From contig NC_082714.1 in NCBI RefSeq assembly GCF_030144855.1, forward strand, positions 76,198,001 to 76,262,000: 64,000 nucleotides of DNA. Direction: 5' to 3'. The position numbers were made by a program, and so were the translations under genes. This DNA comes from Hypanus sabinus. Its lineage: Eukaryota. Below, piece after piece: positions 1-13,099 of the stretch. Positions within the stretch are counted from its first letter, which is position 1; each line of letters opens with the position of its first letter. The notes beneath the pieces were generated by a model that did not search any database, had not been told where the DNA came from, and saw only the letters and a program-made list of their open reading frames with translations.

Positions 1-929
1 CCAAGGCCTCCCATCTCAAAGGAGAGCAGCTCCCTGAACTGCAGGTCCAGCTTCTGCACTCAGCGTGATTAAGACCAGGGGTCAATGATTCAGCCCCTTG
101 AGCCTTCAGACAGACCATTCAGCCCACTATGTCCATCCTGTCCCACAAGTATCTATCTACCCAAATCCCATTTACCAGTAGACCTCTACACATTGATATT
201 GTGGCTCATCTGAACTTCACCTTCCCTTTTCCCCATTCCCTGAAACCTTCAGCTCCATCTCGTACACAGCCCAGCACATAGCAACCAACTTCCCCTCTAT
301 GAGCTCCACCTACACTTCCTGGTGCCTCAGAAAAGCAGCCAGCCCATCTACCCTGAACAACCTCACTCTTCCCTCTCCCATCAGGCAAGATAGAAAAGCC
401 TGGAAGCAGGTACCAGCAGACTCGAAAACGGCTTCTATCCCTTGGTTATCAGACTCCTGAACAGCAAGATGGACTCTTCCCTCACGGTGTGCCTCATTAT
501 GACCTTATCGTCTGTCTGCACTGCACTTCCTCTGTGGCCATTCTGCATTATCGGTTTACCTGGTTCTACCTCAGCGCACTGATCTGTATGAACAACAAAC
601 CAATGTTAACGTGGTCATGAATATATTGATGGCATGGTCTCTGTAGAATTCCAGAGATTAGTCACCCGCAGGATGAGATCTGTCTCACCAGCCAGGATCT
701 TATTAAATAGCAGAACAGGTGTGGGGGTGGATGGCCTACTCTCAACCTGGATTTTCTACTTCCTCCTTCATGTAAATATTTCTCTTCAGACCGATCCTGT
801 GCAGTCTTCCAAGGGGTGCAGGATTGACCTGCTCAGCCTTTCATTCTGGGAATTAACCGAGAATTGCAAACAGAGTTTGTGGTGTTGCACTTCGGAAACT
901 CAAATCCAGGTCAAACTATCACTATGAAC

Positions 930-1480
930 AGCAGGGCCCTAGGGAGGGTTAAAGAACAGAGAGAGCTCATATACAAGATCCCCTGAGAATGGAGTCACTG
1001 GCCTTCGTCAGTCAGGGCACTGAGATTAGGAGGTTGGGAGGCCAATATGTGGATGTACAAGATGTTGGTGACACTGCAGCTGGAGAATTGTGTTCAGTTT
1101 TCGTGACCCTGCTACAGAAAAAGTGTTATAAAAGTTGGAGAGAGTTGAGATTACACGCACATTTGCCTGTACTTGGACTGAGCTATAGAAAGACAACATT
1201 AAGGTAATCCGCTAGAGATGTATAAAACCACGAGTAGAGATAGAGGTTTGTTCCCGAGTTGGGGATCAAGAAACAGGGAACACAGGTTTAAGGTGGGAGG
1301 AGAAAGAGTTGAGATTTGCTGGACAAAGTGGCTGAGGGTGGTACAACAACTTTTAAAAGAAAGTTGGACAGAGACATGGATAGGAAAGGTTTAGAAGATC
1401 ACTGCCAACAGCTGGCAACCAAGATTAGCTTGGATGGGTACATTCGTCGGTTTGGAAGAGTTTAGCCCAAAAGTCAATCC
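930..1480 (+). mobile_element. Decayed CR1-like LINE 3' fragment in the MEX3A intron
   Basis: Similar by eye to the better-preserved CR1-like 3' ends at 11005-11525 and 46345-47665. Confidence 0.6.
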
Positions 1481-2589
1481 AGTCCTGAGTGACTCTGACC
1501 TCCGATTCTCTTTGGCATTGCCTCCACTGTCAGAATACCCTTTCTTAAACAGAGGAAGCACGAAGTGGTGCACTGTGTTCCAGGTGTGACCTCACCAACA
1601 TCTGTACAACTAATCAGGAGAACATGCAAGGTCCGTGGGTTAAGTGACCATTCTAAATTGCCCCCAGTGTGTGGATGAGGGACAAAATCTGGGGAGAGTT
1701 GAGGGGGGATGTGAGAACAAAAAAGGGATTGATTAAGTAGTATAAATGGGTGATTAATGACCTTGATAGGCCAAAGGGGCTGTTTCTGTCTTGTATCACT
1801 GATTCTATAGTGTGGGTTATAATTGGTCGGCACCCTCACTGGAATCTGAAGTTGAGCCGTTCTGCTCATGCACGTTTCCATTTGCTGCCAACTCCAATGA
1901 TGCAGTGAGTTTCTCCTCTCCCTTTCACATGGCACCTTCCAGAAACCTAGATACACTACATCTATTGGTTCCACTTCATCCAGGCCGCTCACCACTTCCT
2001 CAGAGCTCAGATTAACCTGGCAAACATTTATTTCTCTTTTATAAATCCCTGTCAACTGCATCTGATATACTCTGAGTGCTTGCTGTGATAGATTCTGGCA
2101 TTTCTCAATGTTCGGCTCCCTGATTCTCTCCCTCCCAGAGGAATTACATTCAGAGCTTTCTCTAATCAAGGGCCTTGCCAGAACTTGGAGCAGTTTGGAA
2201 TATCACCCATCCACACTTCTATCAACTCTCCGGGAAACAGGCCATTGGGTCTGCGAGATCCGTCAGCCCGTTCGGTACAACACAGAAACAGGCACTACAG
2301 CCCACCTTGATGCCTGTCGACTCTAGTTCCATGTACTCACATTGGGTCCATCTCCATCTACATTTTTCCAATCCAAGTATCTGACTTTTAAACAATTGCA
2401 ATTCTCCACTTCCTCTTGCAACTCATTCAAGATAACAACCATCCTGTAGGTTTGTGGAAACTTTTTATTCTGTCTACTTCTAATACTTATATCTGTGCAC
2501 TTGTAAAGCTACTGAGACCGTAACCTCCTTTGGGATCAATGTAGTATCTACCTATGTGAAAAATCCACCCTTTAAGAACTCCTAAATAG

Positions 2590-2790
2590 GCTAGCTTATT
2601 AGCATAGAGGTTAGCGTAATGCTATTTTAGCCCCAGGGACCCTGGTTTAATTCTACCTCTGCAAGGACCACGTGGGTTTCCTCTGGGTGCTCTGGTTTCC
2701 TCCCACAGTCCAAACACACAAGTGCTAGATTGGTCATTTGAGTTTAATTGGGCAGCATAGGCAAGAAGGGCCTGTTACCATGACATTACA
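2590..2790 (+). mobile_element. SINE with V-SINE-like core; related copies at ~21270-21550 (+), ~28000-28215 (-), ~38720-38990 (+)
   Basis: tRNA-like head followed by the core GTGGGTTTCCTCTGGGTGCTCTGGTTTCCTCCCACAGTCCAAA, which recurs in the window. Confidence 0.65.
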
Positions 2791-4658
2791 CTTAATACGT
2801 TAATAAATAACTCCCCCCCACCCCCCCAACATTGTAAACTCATGCACTCTGGTTCTGGACTCCCCTGCCCTGGGGAAAAGAGACTTGTCTATGCTCCACA
2901 ATTTTATAAACCTCAACAAGGTCACCTCTCAGCCTTCTGCACCCCAGTGAGGCCAAACCTCTCCTTATAAACACTCCTTTCCTTCCACTCTCTCAATTCT
3001 TCTTGTAGTGTGGTGACACCATACTCCAAACACGATCTAACTAAAATTCTGTACAATACGATGTCCCAACTATTGCTACAGTAGCAAGCAGACCAAAATG
3101 CAAGGTGCTTTTGTCCCAATGGCTTGGATGGACTTTTTTCTTCAAAAGGTCCTCCCTTCCCTTTGACCCCAGATTTGGTGTCTTCCTTGAAGAATTGTAC
3201 AATTATAGCTCACGTGAGTGTGTAATGAGCTTCTAATGGAAGTGGCGGATGAGGGTTTGATTGCAACACTTAAGAGAAGTAAGGACGGGAGGGGTATGGA
3301 GAGCTACGGGGCTGGTTGATGGCATTTGGCAAAATAACAGTTCAGCACAGACTAGATGGGCTGAAGGGTCTGTTTTTGAACTGTATCGTGCTCCATGGCG
3401 CCTTTGTGAGATTTGACCCTCAGTCGGACTCCAGGCGCATGCCACGAGTACGTGCTGCCCCATGCCCAAAGCTTAGAAAAATGTCTTATTCCTTCATGAA
3501 TTGAATTAATGCCTTTACACTTTGCAAGCGTTACAACAGAGGTGAGGAATGGAAAACTAATCTTCTCATTGGGACTGAAAGACACCAGCAACTGATTGAC
3601 CAATCACACCCACCCCCGGCTCACCACTCTCTAAATGCACAGCCACAGACTTAAAGGAAAACCCCTTTATTTAAACAGTGAAACAGAAGCAAGTGATCAT
3701 GTTTGATCCTGCATCCTACGCTCTGTTCCTCTACAAAGCCACCATCCAAAACCGAATCAGGGAGGGTGCGGGGGACTCAGCATGTAATATCCCTCTTCAG
3801 CCCCCCCAAAACCCATCCTCAGACCAGTAGAAACCCTCAGCCTTAGCTCGCTGTGCAGCCAACATCACCCCCTCTTCTGAAACTTTGCAGCCCTAACTGG
3901 AGCCCATCCGAACGGCCACCTCCAGAGCTTGCTGATACATAGGCTGCCAACTGATCTTTCAAAGTTTCATCTCAGTCTTCAGACCAGGCACACAACAGCT
4001 CCCGTCCATGCTGATCCACCCAAGACAGTACTCATTTCCACATTTGGCTCATCCCTGTAAACCTTTCCCATCCATTTACCTGTCGAAGTGCCTTTAAATT
4101 TTTTCTGACTCAATCACTTCCTCTTGCAGCTTGTTCCATACACTGTGTGAGTTGCCCCTCAGGCAACTTAATATATATCCTCTCAAATCTATGCCCTCTG
4201 TTTCTTGGTTCCCCCACCCTGGGGAAGAGTCCAACATCCAAAGAAGCTCTCCACAAGCAAGGCAAGGGAGCCCTATTCTGGAGCCACCCTCCGAGAACTT
4301 GTAACGCTCAGGACACAGTTTAAAAGCATCAAAGCCCCAGGACTCCTGCCAGAACTTTTTGCTGTTGGACGGCAGTCCATTTCCCAACATTGTTGTCATA
4401 GATCACCTGGGAACATTTCACTCAGTTAAAAGCACGTGGGGAGAAAACACCCTCCTACCACATTTGTAATGACCACTTGAGAAGTATGCCCACCCCCATC
4501 CCATCGCGTCATGGGGGGGGGGGGGTGGTCACCCATCTCCAACTCCACCACACAAGTTTGTGCCCACAACCAGGGACCCAGCCGCCACCCCCACAGCTGG
4601 AGGGACCGCGATGGGCTGCGCCACGCAGGAAAAGCTGGTGGCCAGGAGTGCTGCTCAC

Positions 4659-5064
4659 CTTGCCGGCCCACAATCTCGGCCACGTGCTCGGAGCTGGGCA
4701 CGGGCACGCACTCCGTGGTGTTGCTGCTCTTCTTCTTGCCTTCGCTGCCCTCATACAGGGCAGCCAGGTAGGTGTCCCGGTGGTGCTGCGGGCCAGCGCC
4801 CCCATTGTTGTTGTTGTTGTTGAGGTTCTCCTCGTCATCGTCCTCCTCCTCCAGCAGCTCGGGCCCCTCCTGCTCCTCTCCCAGCCCCAGCATGGAGAGC
4901 TGGTCAAGGGCGATCTGCAGCGCCCTCTGCTCCTCCTCCAGCATCCGGCCCATGCCCAGCCCCATCTCCATCTCCATCTCCACGTCCAGCTCCAGTGGGG
5001 CACTCCTGCCCAGTTCTACACTCCCGTTCCCGTTCCTCTCCATCAGTAGCTCGGAGCTAGGCAT
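4659..5064 (-). CDS. MEX3A: RNA-binding E3 ligase MEX3A, coding exon 1 (135 codons + 1 nt); exon 2 (rest of KH domains, RING) lies left of the window
   Basis: [33 protein letters not shown] resembles the MEX3A N-terminus. It ends in the conserved KH1 start [22 protein letters not shown] at a phase-1 donor CAAG|GTGAG. LAMTOR2 and RAB25 are also its neighbours in human. Confidence 0.93.
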
Positions 5065-5289
5065 GGCTCAGACCCCCAACCCCACCCGCGTCCCCGTCCC
5101 CGGCTGGTGGGCTGTTGTTCGGGTGGGGGGAAGGGGAGGGGGCAAAAGAGTTGTCCCCTCCACCCTTCTCTCTCTCCAGGCTTCCACCCCCACCTCCTCC
5201 TCCTCCCCCCAGAAGGAGATGGAGGAGGAGGATGTAGAAAGGAGGGGTGCGGAGGAAACACCCCCTTTCCCTTGCTCCAAAGTCCCACA

Positions 5290-5660
5290 AGCAGGGAAAA
5301 TAGAGAGTTAGAGAAAGGGGGAAGAGATGGTGGGGAGAAGAGAGGGGATGAAAGGGATTAGGGAAAAGATAAGAAAAGAGAAGGGGAGAAGAGAAAGGGG
5401 AGGAGAGAAAGAAGCAAGGGTGAGAAGAGAAGAAAGAGGAGGAAAGAGAGGAGAAAGGAGTAGGGGGAAGGAGATGAGAAAGGGGAATAGAAAATGCAAG
5501 GATGAGGTGAGACGGGAAAGAGGAAGCGGGAGGAAGGAAGAGGGAGAGGGACGAGTCCAGCCGAGGGAGGAGGGAGAGGGGTGGAGGGAGGGGAGAGACC
5601 CAACAGCCTAGGCAGCCGCAGACAAAGGAAGAGCGGAGAAGATCAAGGATTAAATGAAGA
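5290..5660. repeat. Polypurine (GA-rich) low-complexity tract, probably MEX3A 5' UTR
   Basis: Almost only A/G on the + strand. Confidence 0.85.
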
Positions 5661-5679
5661 GTAGCAGCGGCGGCAAGCT

Positions 5680-6085
5680 AGAGGAGGGCAGCCCGGGTGT
5701 CTGGGGCTCGGGCGGGACGGGGCTGCACTGGTTCACGGCTCGCCGACCCCACGGCAGAAAGCGGCGAGCAGCCACACCTGGAGAGCTCGGCAACTCTTTT
5801 GTTTTAAACCCCCTCTCCTCGCCTGCCGCACAGCTGACGGTGGGCGGCCGCGCACTGCCCGCCGGGACTTGTAGTTCAGAGTTGCGCAAGCGCCCAGTTG
5901 CTCACGCCACACGGGACTACAATACGTCCCGCCCTGCCCCGCGCACGGGAGGGGGACGGGCGTGCTAGCCGGCCGTCCTGCCCGGCCGGAAGCCGGCAGC
6001 GGGGCATGGCGGGAGTTGTAGGCGCAGGCTGAGGCGGAGGGTGGTATAAGGACTACACGTCCCGGCGAGCCCCGCGCCGCAGCAC
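5680..6085. promoter_or_regulatory. CpG-island promoter of MEX3A with four ACTACA-type (ZNF143/THAP11) motifs
   Basis: High CpG density. Motifs at ~5861-5876 (-, ACTACAAGTCCCGGC), ~5916-5930 (+, imperfect), ~6003-6022 (-, CCTACAACTCCCGCCATGC) and ~6052-6066 (+, ACTACACGTCCCGGC). Confidence 0.75.
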
Positions 6086-6540
6086 TCCTTTGTTCCTCTT
6101 GGCTAGCAATGAGGTCTTTCTTCTTTCCCACTTTCTTCTCTTCCCTCCCCTGGGGTTCACTCTGTTTCCTCATTTCACCTCACATCTCCTCTCTTTTCTT
6201 CCTCCAGACCCCCTCCTTTTCCTTTATTCTTTTATCGTTAATTCTGTATTTATCCAATCCCTCCTCCCATTCTTTCCCCTTCTCTCCTTTCTCCTTCACT
6301 CCTTTTCTTCACCACTTCCTGTTCACTGTTTTCTTTCAGCCTTTCTTTCTCTTTCAACCTCATTCACCTCCTTCACTTCTCCCTCTCTACCCCTTTTCGC
6401 TTCACCCTTTCTCTTTCACCTTTCTTCACCCTTTCTCTCCTTAATGCCTTCTTCATTTTGTGTCCACCCCTACATCTCTCACCTTTTATTCACTCTTTTG
6501 CTCCTCACCAGCCCTTCTCTCCTGAACCCTTTTTCTTCCT
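6085..6540. repeat. Polypyrimidine (CT-rich) low-complexity tract
   Basis: Almost only C/T on the + strand. Confidence 0.85.
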
Positions 6541-8924
6541 GAAGGCTATATAGTATCCCAGTCCCACAGAGCTATCCATTCCCAGAGTTCATCCGCCTCA
6601 CCTGTCAAACCTTGTGCATTGCCCAGAGTTTTTTATGGAAAAATCCAATGGGTCATGCTGATGTATTTATGGTTTTTCTTCGAAGTTTACACTACTAAAC
6701 ATACCCACCAAAGATATAAAGGTTTCATTACACCATTTTTGCCGTGTATACTTTATTTTTTCGTGAATAAAATCTGCTCTTGAAATAAATGATCTCTTCT
6801 CTTGTCTCCCAGAACAGCCTGGGATGGATCTCACCTGACTGTGGGATTTACCCACCTTTACGTCCGAAGGGCCAACAAGTTCCTCCTCTTTATTTATGGA
6901 GACCTGCATCTTCCTCTTTGCTGAATGCTGTAGCTACAATGTCCGGTTCTTTTGCTAATACCAATGGAAGGTAGTCACGTACACAGGTTGCTCTCGATGT
7001 CCCTAATGGGCCCAACTCTTCCCCTCTGTAATGTCCCCGTTGGTTTGATTATTTCCTTTTTAACCACCTCACTCCACTTGTCCATCTGACAGGCCTCCCC
7101 CATCAGTCATTCTCCGAACATGCTTCCCTCTATTCCAACCCTTGATATCCCTCGGCCACCCGAGTTCCCTGCACTTGTTACCCCAGGCTTCCAACCAGGA
7201 AAACACCAGCAATGAACACTCAGTCTGTCTCTTTCCACCATGCTGACGTAGATCCCACATGCACCCAGACAAGCCCCATCTTTATTGTAATCAAATTAAC
7301 CTTTCCCAGAATGATGCTGAAATACAGAGTAATAATCAGTCTCCAAAATGCTCCCCCACTGACACTCCCTCCACCTGACCTTCTACATTTGTGTGAGGTT
7401 TGAGGAGGAATGGCAGAGGACCTTGCTGAGATATCCTTTTCATTGTCAGCCACTGATGAAGTTCCCAAACACTGGGGAGAATCAGAACCAGGTTTATTAT
7501 CACGAATGTACATTGTGAAATCTGTTTTTCTTTGGTAGTGGTACAGCGCTGTGCATAAGAGTTTAAAAGTTACAGAAATAAATTAACAGTACGAAGACAA
7601 AGAGTGAGGTTGTGTTCATGGACCGTTGTAAATCCGATGGCTGAGGGGAAAAACTTTTATTTCAGTAACAGGCACACTTTCTGATTAGAACACTCCAGAC
7701 ATTGACATGGCCTCAAGTGAATGCAAAAGTCGCAGAGTTATCTTCAAGTCTTCTGCTGTTGGTCAGAGAGGGGCTTCCAAGTCATTTATAGAAATAAAAA
7801 GGAACAAGAGACCCAACATCAATCCCAGCCTCCATTCCAAGAAACACCCTTCAGTTGCCCCTCTGCTTCCTACCTCTGAACCAACAGTACCTCTGAACCA
7901 ACCGCTCTCTTTGTATCCTGCGGGAACTAAACTTCCAGACCTTGTTGAAGGCCTTGCAAAAGTTCGGACAGACAATATCCACTCCATACCCTCATGTGAA
8001 ACTTTTCGATTACCTCTTCAAAGCTTTCTTAAAGGTTCATCAAGCAGGAGTTGAGAGCAAGAATCAAATTGTGTCAATCACACCGACATTTGAACCTTGG
8101 TGTTTTGTGGCAAGCAGTACCGTGCAGTACATAAATGATACTTATGATAAAAATTGTGCAAAGGAGGGTTAACGAGGCCTGTTCAGAGAAGAAGAAGCTG
8201 TTCCTAAATCACCAAAACATCTCTTTAAAACAGAGATAAAGAGGAATTTCTTTAGCCAGAGGGTGGTGAATCTGTGGAATTCATTATCACAGACAGCTGG
8301 GGAAGCCAAATCTTCAGTATATTTAAAGTAGAAATTGATTGGTTCTTGACTGCTAAGGATCCAAGGCAGTGAAGGGTACCTCAGTAAATATATTTAAGAC
8401 AAGGTTGCATTGTAGGGGAATTAAGGGTTGTGGGGAAAAGGCAAGTAGGTGGAGATGAGTCCATGGCCAGATCAGCCATGATCTTACTGAATGGCAGAGC
8501 AGGCTCGACGGGCCAGATGGCCGACTCCTGCTCCTATTTCTTACGTTCTTATGCTACGGAGAGAAGGCAGGACAATGAGAGGGAAAAGAAATCAGCCATG
8601 AGACTCAATGGGCTCAATGGCCTGATTGTACTGCTATGTCTCATGGCCTTATGGTCCAGGATGGTTAAGTTCCTTCTCAAAGACCAAAGGTGCCAAACAT
8701 TTGGCAGAATCTCCGATGGTGATGAGGCATCATGCGGAGCTAGACTGGTGAATTGGATTCGCACTCAGAGATGTCAAGGTCAAAGGACTGAATGCAGACT
8801 CCATAAGCGGTGATCACTCATCAGTTCTCATTGAGGGGGTCAGCCTCCTTTTGCTTTGTTGCCCTCTCCAAACCAGCTGCTTTCGGATGCATGTGACAAG
8901 ACTTTTAGAGAGAGCCTCATCCTG

Positions 8925-10020
8925 TGTTTGACCCTGGAAGTGTTTGATGGGAAGGTGTAGTGTAAGTTTCACTCTGTGTCTGACCCCAGGAGTGTGTGAT
9001 GGGACGGTGTGGAGGGAGTTTCACTCTGTGTCTGACCCCGGGAGTGTGTGATGGGACGGTGTGGAGGGAGTTTCACTCTGTGTCTGACCCCGGGAGTGTG
9101 TGATGGGACAGTGTGGAGGGAGTTTCACTCTGTGTCTGACCCCGGGAGTGTGTGATGGGACGGTGTGGAGGGAGTTTCACTCTGTGTCTGACCCCGGGAG
9201 TGTGTGATGGGACGGTGTGGAGGGAGTTTCACTCTGTGTCTGACCCCGGGAGTGTGTGATGGGACAGTGTGGAGGGAGTTTCACTCTGTGTCTGACCCCG
9301 GGAGTGTGTGATGGGACGGTGTGGAGGGAGTTTCACTCTGTGTCTGACCCCGGGAGTGTGTGATGGGACGGTGTGGAGGGAGTTTCACTCTGTGTCTGAC
9401 CCCGGGAGTGTGTGATGGGACGGTGTGGAGAGAGTTTCACTCTGTGTCTGACCCTGGGAGTGTGTGATGGGACAGTGTGGAGGGAGTTTCACTCTGTGTC
9501 TGACCCCGGGAGTGTGTGATGGGACGGTGTGGAGGGAGTCTCACTGTTTCTGACCCCAGGACGGTGTGGAGGGAGTTTCACTCTGTGTCTGGTCCCGGGA
9601 GTGTGTGATGGGACAGTGTGGAGGGAGTTTCACTCTGTGTCTGACCCTGGGAGTGTGTGATGGGACAGTGTAGAGGGAGTTTCACTCTGTGTCTGACCCT
9701 GGGACGGTGTGGAGGGAGTTTCACTCTGTGTCTGACCCTGGGAGTGTGTGATGGGACAGTGTGGAGGGAGTTTCACTCTGTGTCTGACCCCGGGATGGTG
9801 TGGAGGGAGTTTCACTCTGTGTCTGACCCCGGGAGTGTGTGATGGGACGATGTGGAGGGAGTTTCACTCTGTGTCTGACCCCAGGAGTCTGTGATGGGAC
9901 AGTGTAGAGGGAGTTTCACTCTGTGTCTGACCCTGGGAGTGTGTGATGGGACGGTGTGGAGGGAGTTTCACTCTGTGTCTGACCCCGGTAGTGTGTGATG
10001 GGACGGTATAGAGGGAGTCA
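8925..10020 (+). repeat. 52-bp minisatellite, ~21 units
   Basis: Unit GGGACGGTGTGGAGGGAGTTTCACTCTGTGTCTGACCCCGGGAGTGTGTGAT; period 52 (9001 to 9053). Confidence 0.97.
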
Positions 10021-10399
10021 GCCAGTCAGAATGCTGTCCATGGTACATCTTTGTTCAAAGTGGATGTTACTGTCAAAGTCCACACAGCATGTTACCACAG
10101 ACAACATGAAATTCATTTCCTGCCAGAGTACTCGGTAAATCTGTAGAAAAGTAACTATAACAGGACCAATGAAAGATTAACCAACGTGCAGAAAGTTGCA
10201 AGTGTCGGGTGATTTACCAAATCTCCTAAACTCAAGAAGGCAGCACCATCACTAAGGTCTCTCAACAGTATTTTTATGGCTCTCCCTCTACTGCGGCCTG
10301 AAAACAGCACACCACCACCTACTTCAGTGATACTACACCTCACCCTAATTCTGATACCGGTCCTGGGTTCTAATAAACAGTTCACAGGCTCCCTGGGGA

Positions 10400-10985
10400 C
10401 AAGACATCTCCGGTGCCCACGTCCCGCAGCGGAGAGTCACCGCGGGTCATCGTCCCGAGGGGACTCACCGGCTTCTCGGCGGTAAAGGCAGTCAGCAGCC
10501 GTGGGGTGACCTTCCAAGCCGAGCTCCGTCCGGCCTTCACGGCCCGGCTCTCTCCCTGGCGAGCAGGTTACGGGAGTCTGTACTCCCGCAGCAGGAAGTT
10601 CACCCTCTACCCCGAGGTTTCCCCGGCCCGGTCCGATCAGCTGGCGTGCACCAAACTTCCAACTGCCCGCCCTCCGGGCCAAGCAGAACCGGGAGAAGAT
10701 TGAGCGAGATGGTCACTGTCCCGTCCCAAAGTGGGGGTACAAACGTCTACTGAGCCTGAAATTGTGCCCCCCCCCCACTATCTGAAACGTCCGTACTCTC
10801 CTGGAGGAGGGGAAGAAGGCAATCAACTCTCGGGGTAGGTGGGACAGGGTCGCGGGACACTGTTGTACATCGGCTGCGTGTCTGACTGTGGGAGAGAGGG
10901 AGGGTTGCATCGCGTTTGCTGCCGGTGTGTGCAATCCCTCGGGTCCGGAACGACTGTATGAACAGGGTGCAGGAGTCGCTTCTCA
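10400..10985. promoter_or_regulatory. Orphan CpG island, possibly a non-coding exon or regulatory element
   Basis: CpG-dense, not recognisable as a repeat. Minus-strand donor CCG|GTGAGT at 10469/10468 and pyrimidine-rich acceptors before 10800 and 10885. Confidence 0.5.
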
Positions 10986-11004
10986 CTGTGTGACAAGAGA
11001 CAGT

Positions 11005-11525
11005 TCTGGTCACCGAATTATAGGAAAGATGTCAACAAAATAGAGAGAGTACAGAGGAGATTTACTAGAATGTTACCTGGGTTTCAGCACCTAAGTTACA
11101 GGGAAAGATTGAACAAGTTAGGTCTTTATTCTTTGGCGCGCAGAAGGTTGAGGGAGGACTTGATGGAGGTAGTTAAAATTATGAGGGGGATAGATAGAGT
11201 TGACGTGGATAGGCTTTCTCCATTGAGAGTGGGGTTGATTCAAACAAGAGGACGAGTTGAGAGTTAGGGGGCAAAAGTTTAAGGGTAACACGAGGGGGAA
11301 TTTCTTTACTCAGAGATTGGTAGCTGTGTGGAACGAGCTTCCAGTAGAAGTGGTAGAGGCAGGTTCGGTATTGTCATTTAAAGTAAAATTGAATAGGTAC
11401 ATGGTCAGGAAAGGAATGGAGGGTTATGGGCTGAAGTGAAGGTCGGTGGGACTAGGTGAGAGTAAGCGTTCAGCATGGACTAGAAGGGCCGAGATGGCCT
11501 GTTTCCGTGCTGTGATTGTTATATG
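11005..11525 (+). mobile_element. CR1-like LINE 3' end (ORF2 C-terminus and 3' UTR)
   Basis: ORFs 11070-11439: LSYRERLNKLGLYSL..RRLREDL and RGNFFTQRLVAVWNELP, typical of the CR1 ORF2 C-terminus. Confidence 0.85.
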
Positions 11526-13099
11526 GTAAAACCAATTCCGTTCATTCCCAATGGTCTGTGCCAACCTGATTCCAGTGTGGGGCGAAGGGAATGTTTCCCA
11601 TGGTGGGGGAGTCTAGGACCAGAGGGCATGGCCTCAGAATTGAAAAACAGAGGTGAGGAGGGATGTCTTTAGCCAGAGGCTGGTGAATCTGTGGAATTCA
11701 GTGCCACAGATGGCTATAGAGGACAAGTCATTGGGTACATTTAAAGTGGAGGTTAATAGGTTCTTGATTTGTAAAGTCAAAGGTTACGGGGATAATTGGA
11801 GTTCAGAGGGATAAAAAAGTCAGCCACGACGGAACGGCAGGGAGAATCGTCGGGCTGAATGGCCTGATCTCCTGCTGTAAAGAGCTGGAAATCCACTGGC
11901 TGTCCTGTCATATGCACTGGTCCTAGGTGTGTGGTTTGGGGAGGGGGTCTCCTCTGGTCCCTCAGTGGGATTAACTCCCCTACAACCCCATGGTTTCCTC
12001 AGGGACAAGTAGGCACAAGCTGGGAGCGGAGCAAGGTTCTACAGAGGCAGCCCTCATCGACAGATGCCCAGCATGAGACAGCAACCTCTCCTGTGGCAGG
12101 TCACTCTGGGCAATTCGTCCTTTGCCCCCACACCTTCCTGCTCCCTCTCCCCCTCTCATCCACCCTCTCCACTCTCCTCTCCCTCTCCCCCTCACTCCGT
12201 CCTTATTGAGGGACCAATGGGAGGTGGTTCACTGCCACTTCACTCCTCATGCTGACGATGCCTTTGATTCTCACACTCGAAAGGAACAATCACAAAAGCC
12301 AATGACTTACAGATTGAACATTAAACATTATAAATTTACAAGGATGTTGCCGGGACTAGAGGGCCTGAGTTGGAGGGGAAGGCTGAATGGGTTAGGACTT
12401 TATTCCCAACATATAGAAGATTGAGGGGAGATTTGATAGAGGTAAACAAAATTATGAAGGGTATAGAAAGGGTAAATGCCAGCAGGCTTTTTCCTCTGTT
12501 GGTGAGACTACTAGAGGTCACAGATTAGGGGTGAAAGGTGAAATGTTTATCTGAACATAAGAGAATGTGGAACGAGTGCCATTGCGTGGTGGATGCGGGT
12601 TCAATGTCAGCATTTAAGAGAAATTTGGACAGGTACAGGGATGAGAAGGATCCAGAGGGCTAAGTTCTGGGTGCAGGTGGAGGTGACGAGGCAGATTAAT
12701 GGTATGGACTAGACGGGCCGAAAGACCTGTTTCTGTGCTGTGGTGTTCTGTCTGCTCCTGATCCATATCCCTCCATTCCCGGTATGTTCATGTACCCATC
12801 TAAATGTCTTTTACACTCATTGTTGCATCTGCTTCCACCAGCACCGACAGTGCATTCCGGGCACCACCACTGTCTGTGTAAAATAACCTGTTCCTCCACA
12901 TCTCTTTTAAACCTCCGCCCTTCTCAACTTAAAGTGCCCTTTAGTATCAGACATCTTTACTGTGGGTGCGAGATTCTGACTGCCCACCATATCTATGCTT
13001 CTCATATTTTTATGAACTTCTATCAGGTCATATTTAAGCCATATTTAAGCTTGCAGATGATGCCACTATTGGCCAAATCAAAATTGGTGATGAATGAGA

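Noticed and set aside
1474-2169. 231-aa minus-strand ORF in the MEX3A intron, as MEX3A exon 2
   Set aside because: No KH or RING similarity; a mosaic of decayed CR1 (VYLGFWK) and SINE sequence.
4426-4658. C-terminal 77 aa of the 212-aa ORF
   Set aside because: Intron read-through past the MEX3A donor at 4659; MEX3 similarity stops at GRQG.
4477-5311. Plus-strand and alternative-frame ORFs over MEX3A exon 1
   Set aside because: Shadow ORFs of GC-rich, low-complexity coding sequence.
8925-10020. CRISPR-like regular repeats here and at 50580-51635
   Set aside because: Head-to-tail units with no unique spacers, no cas genes, and vertebrate context.
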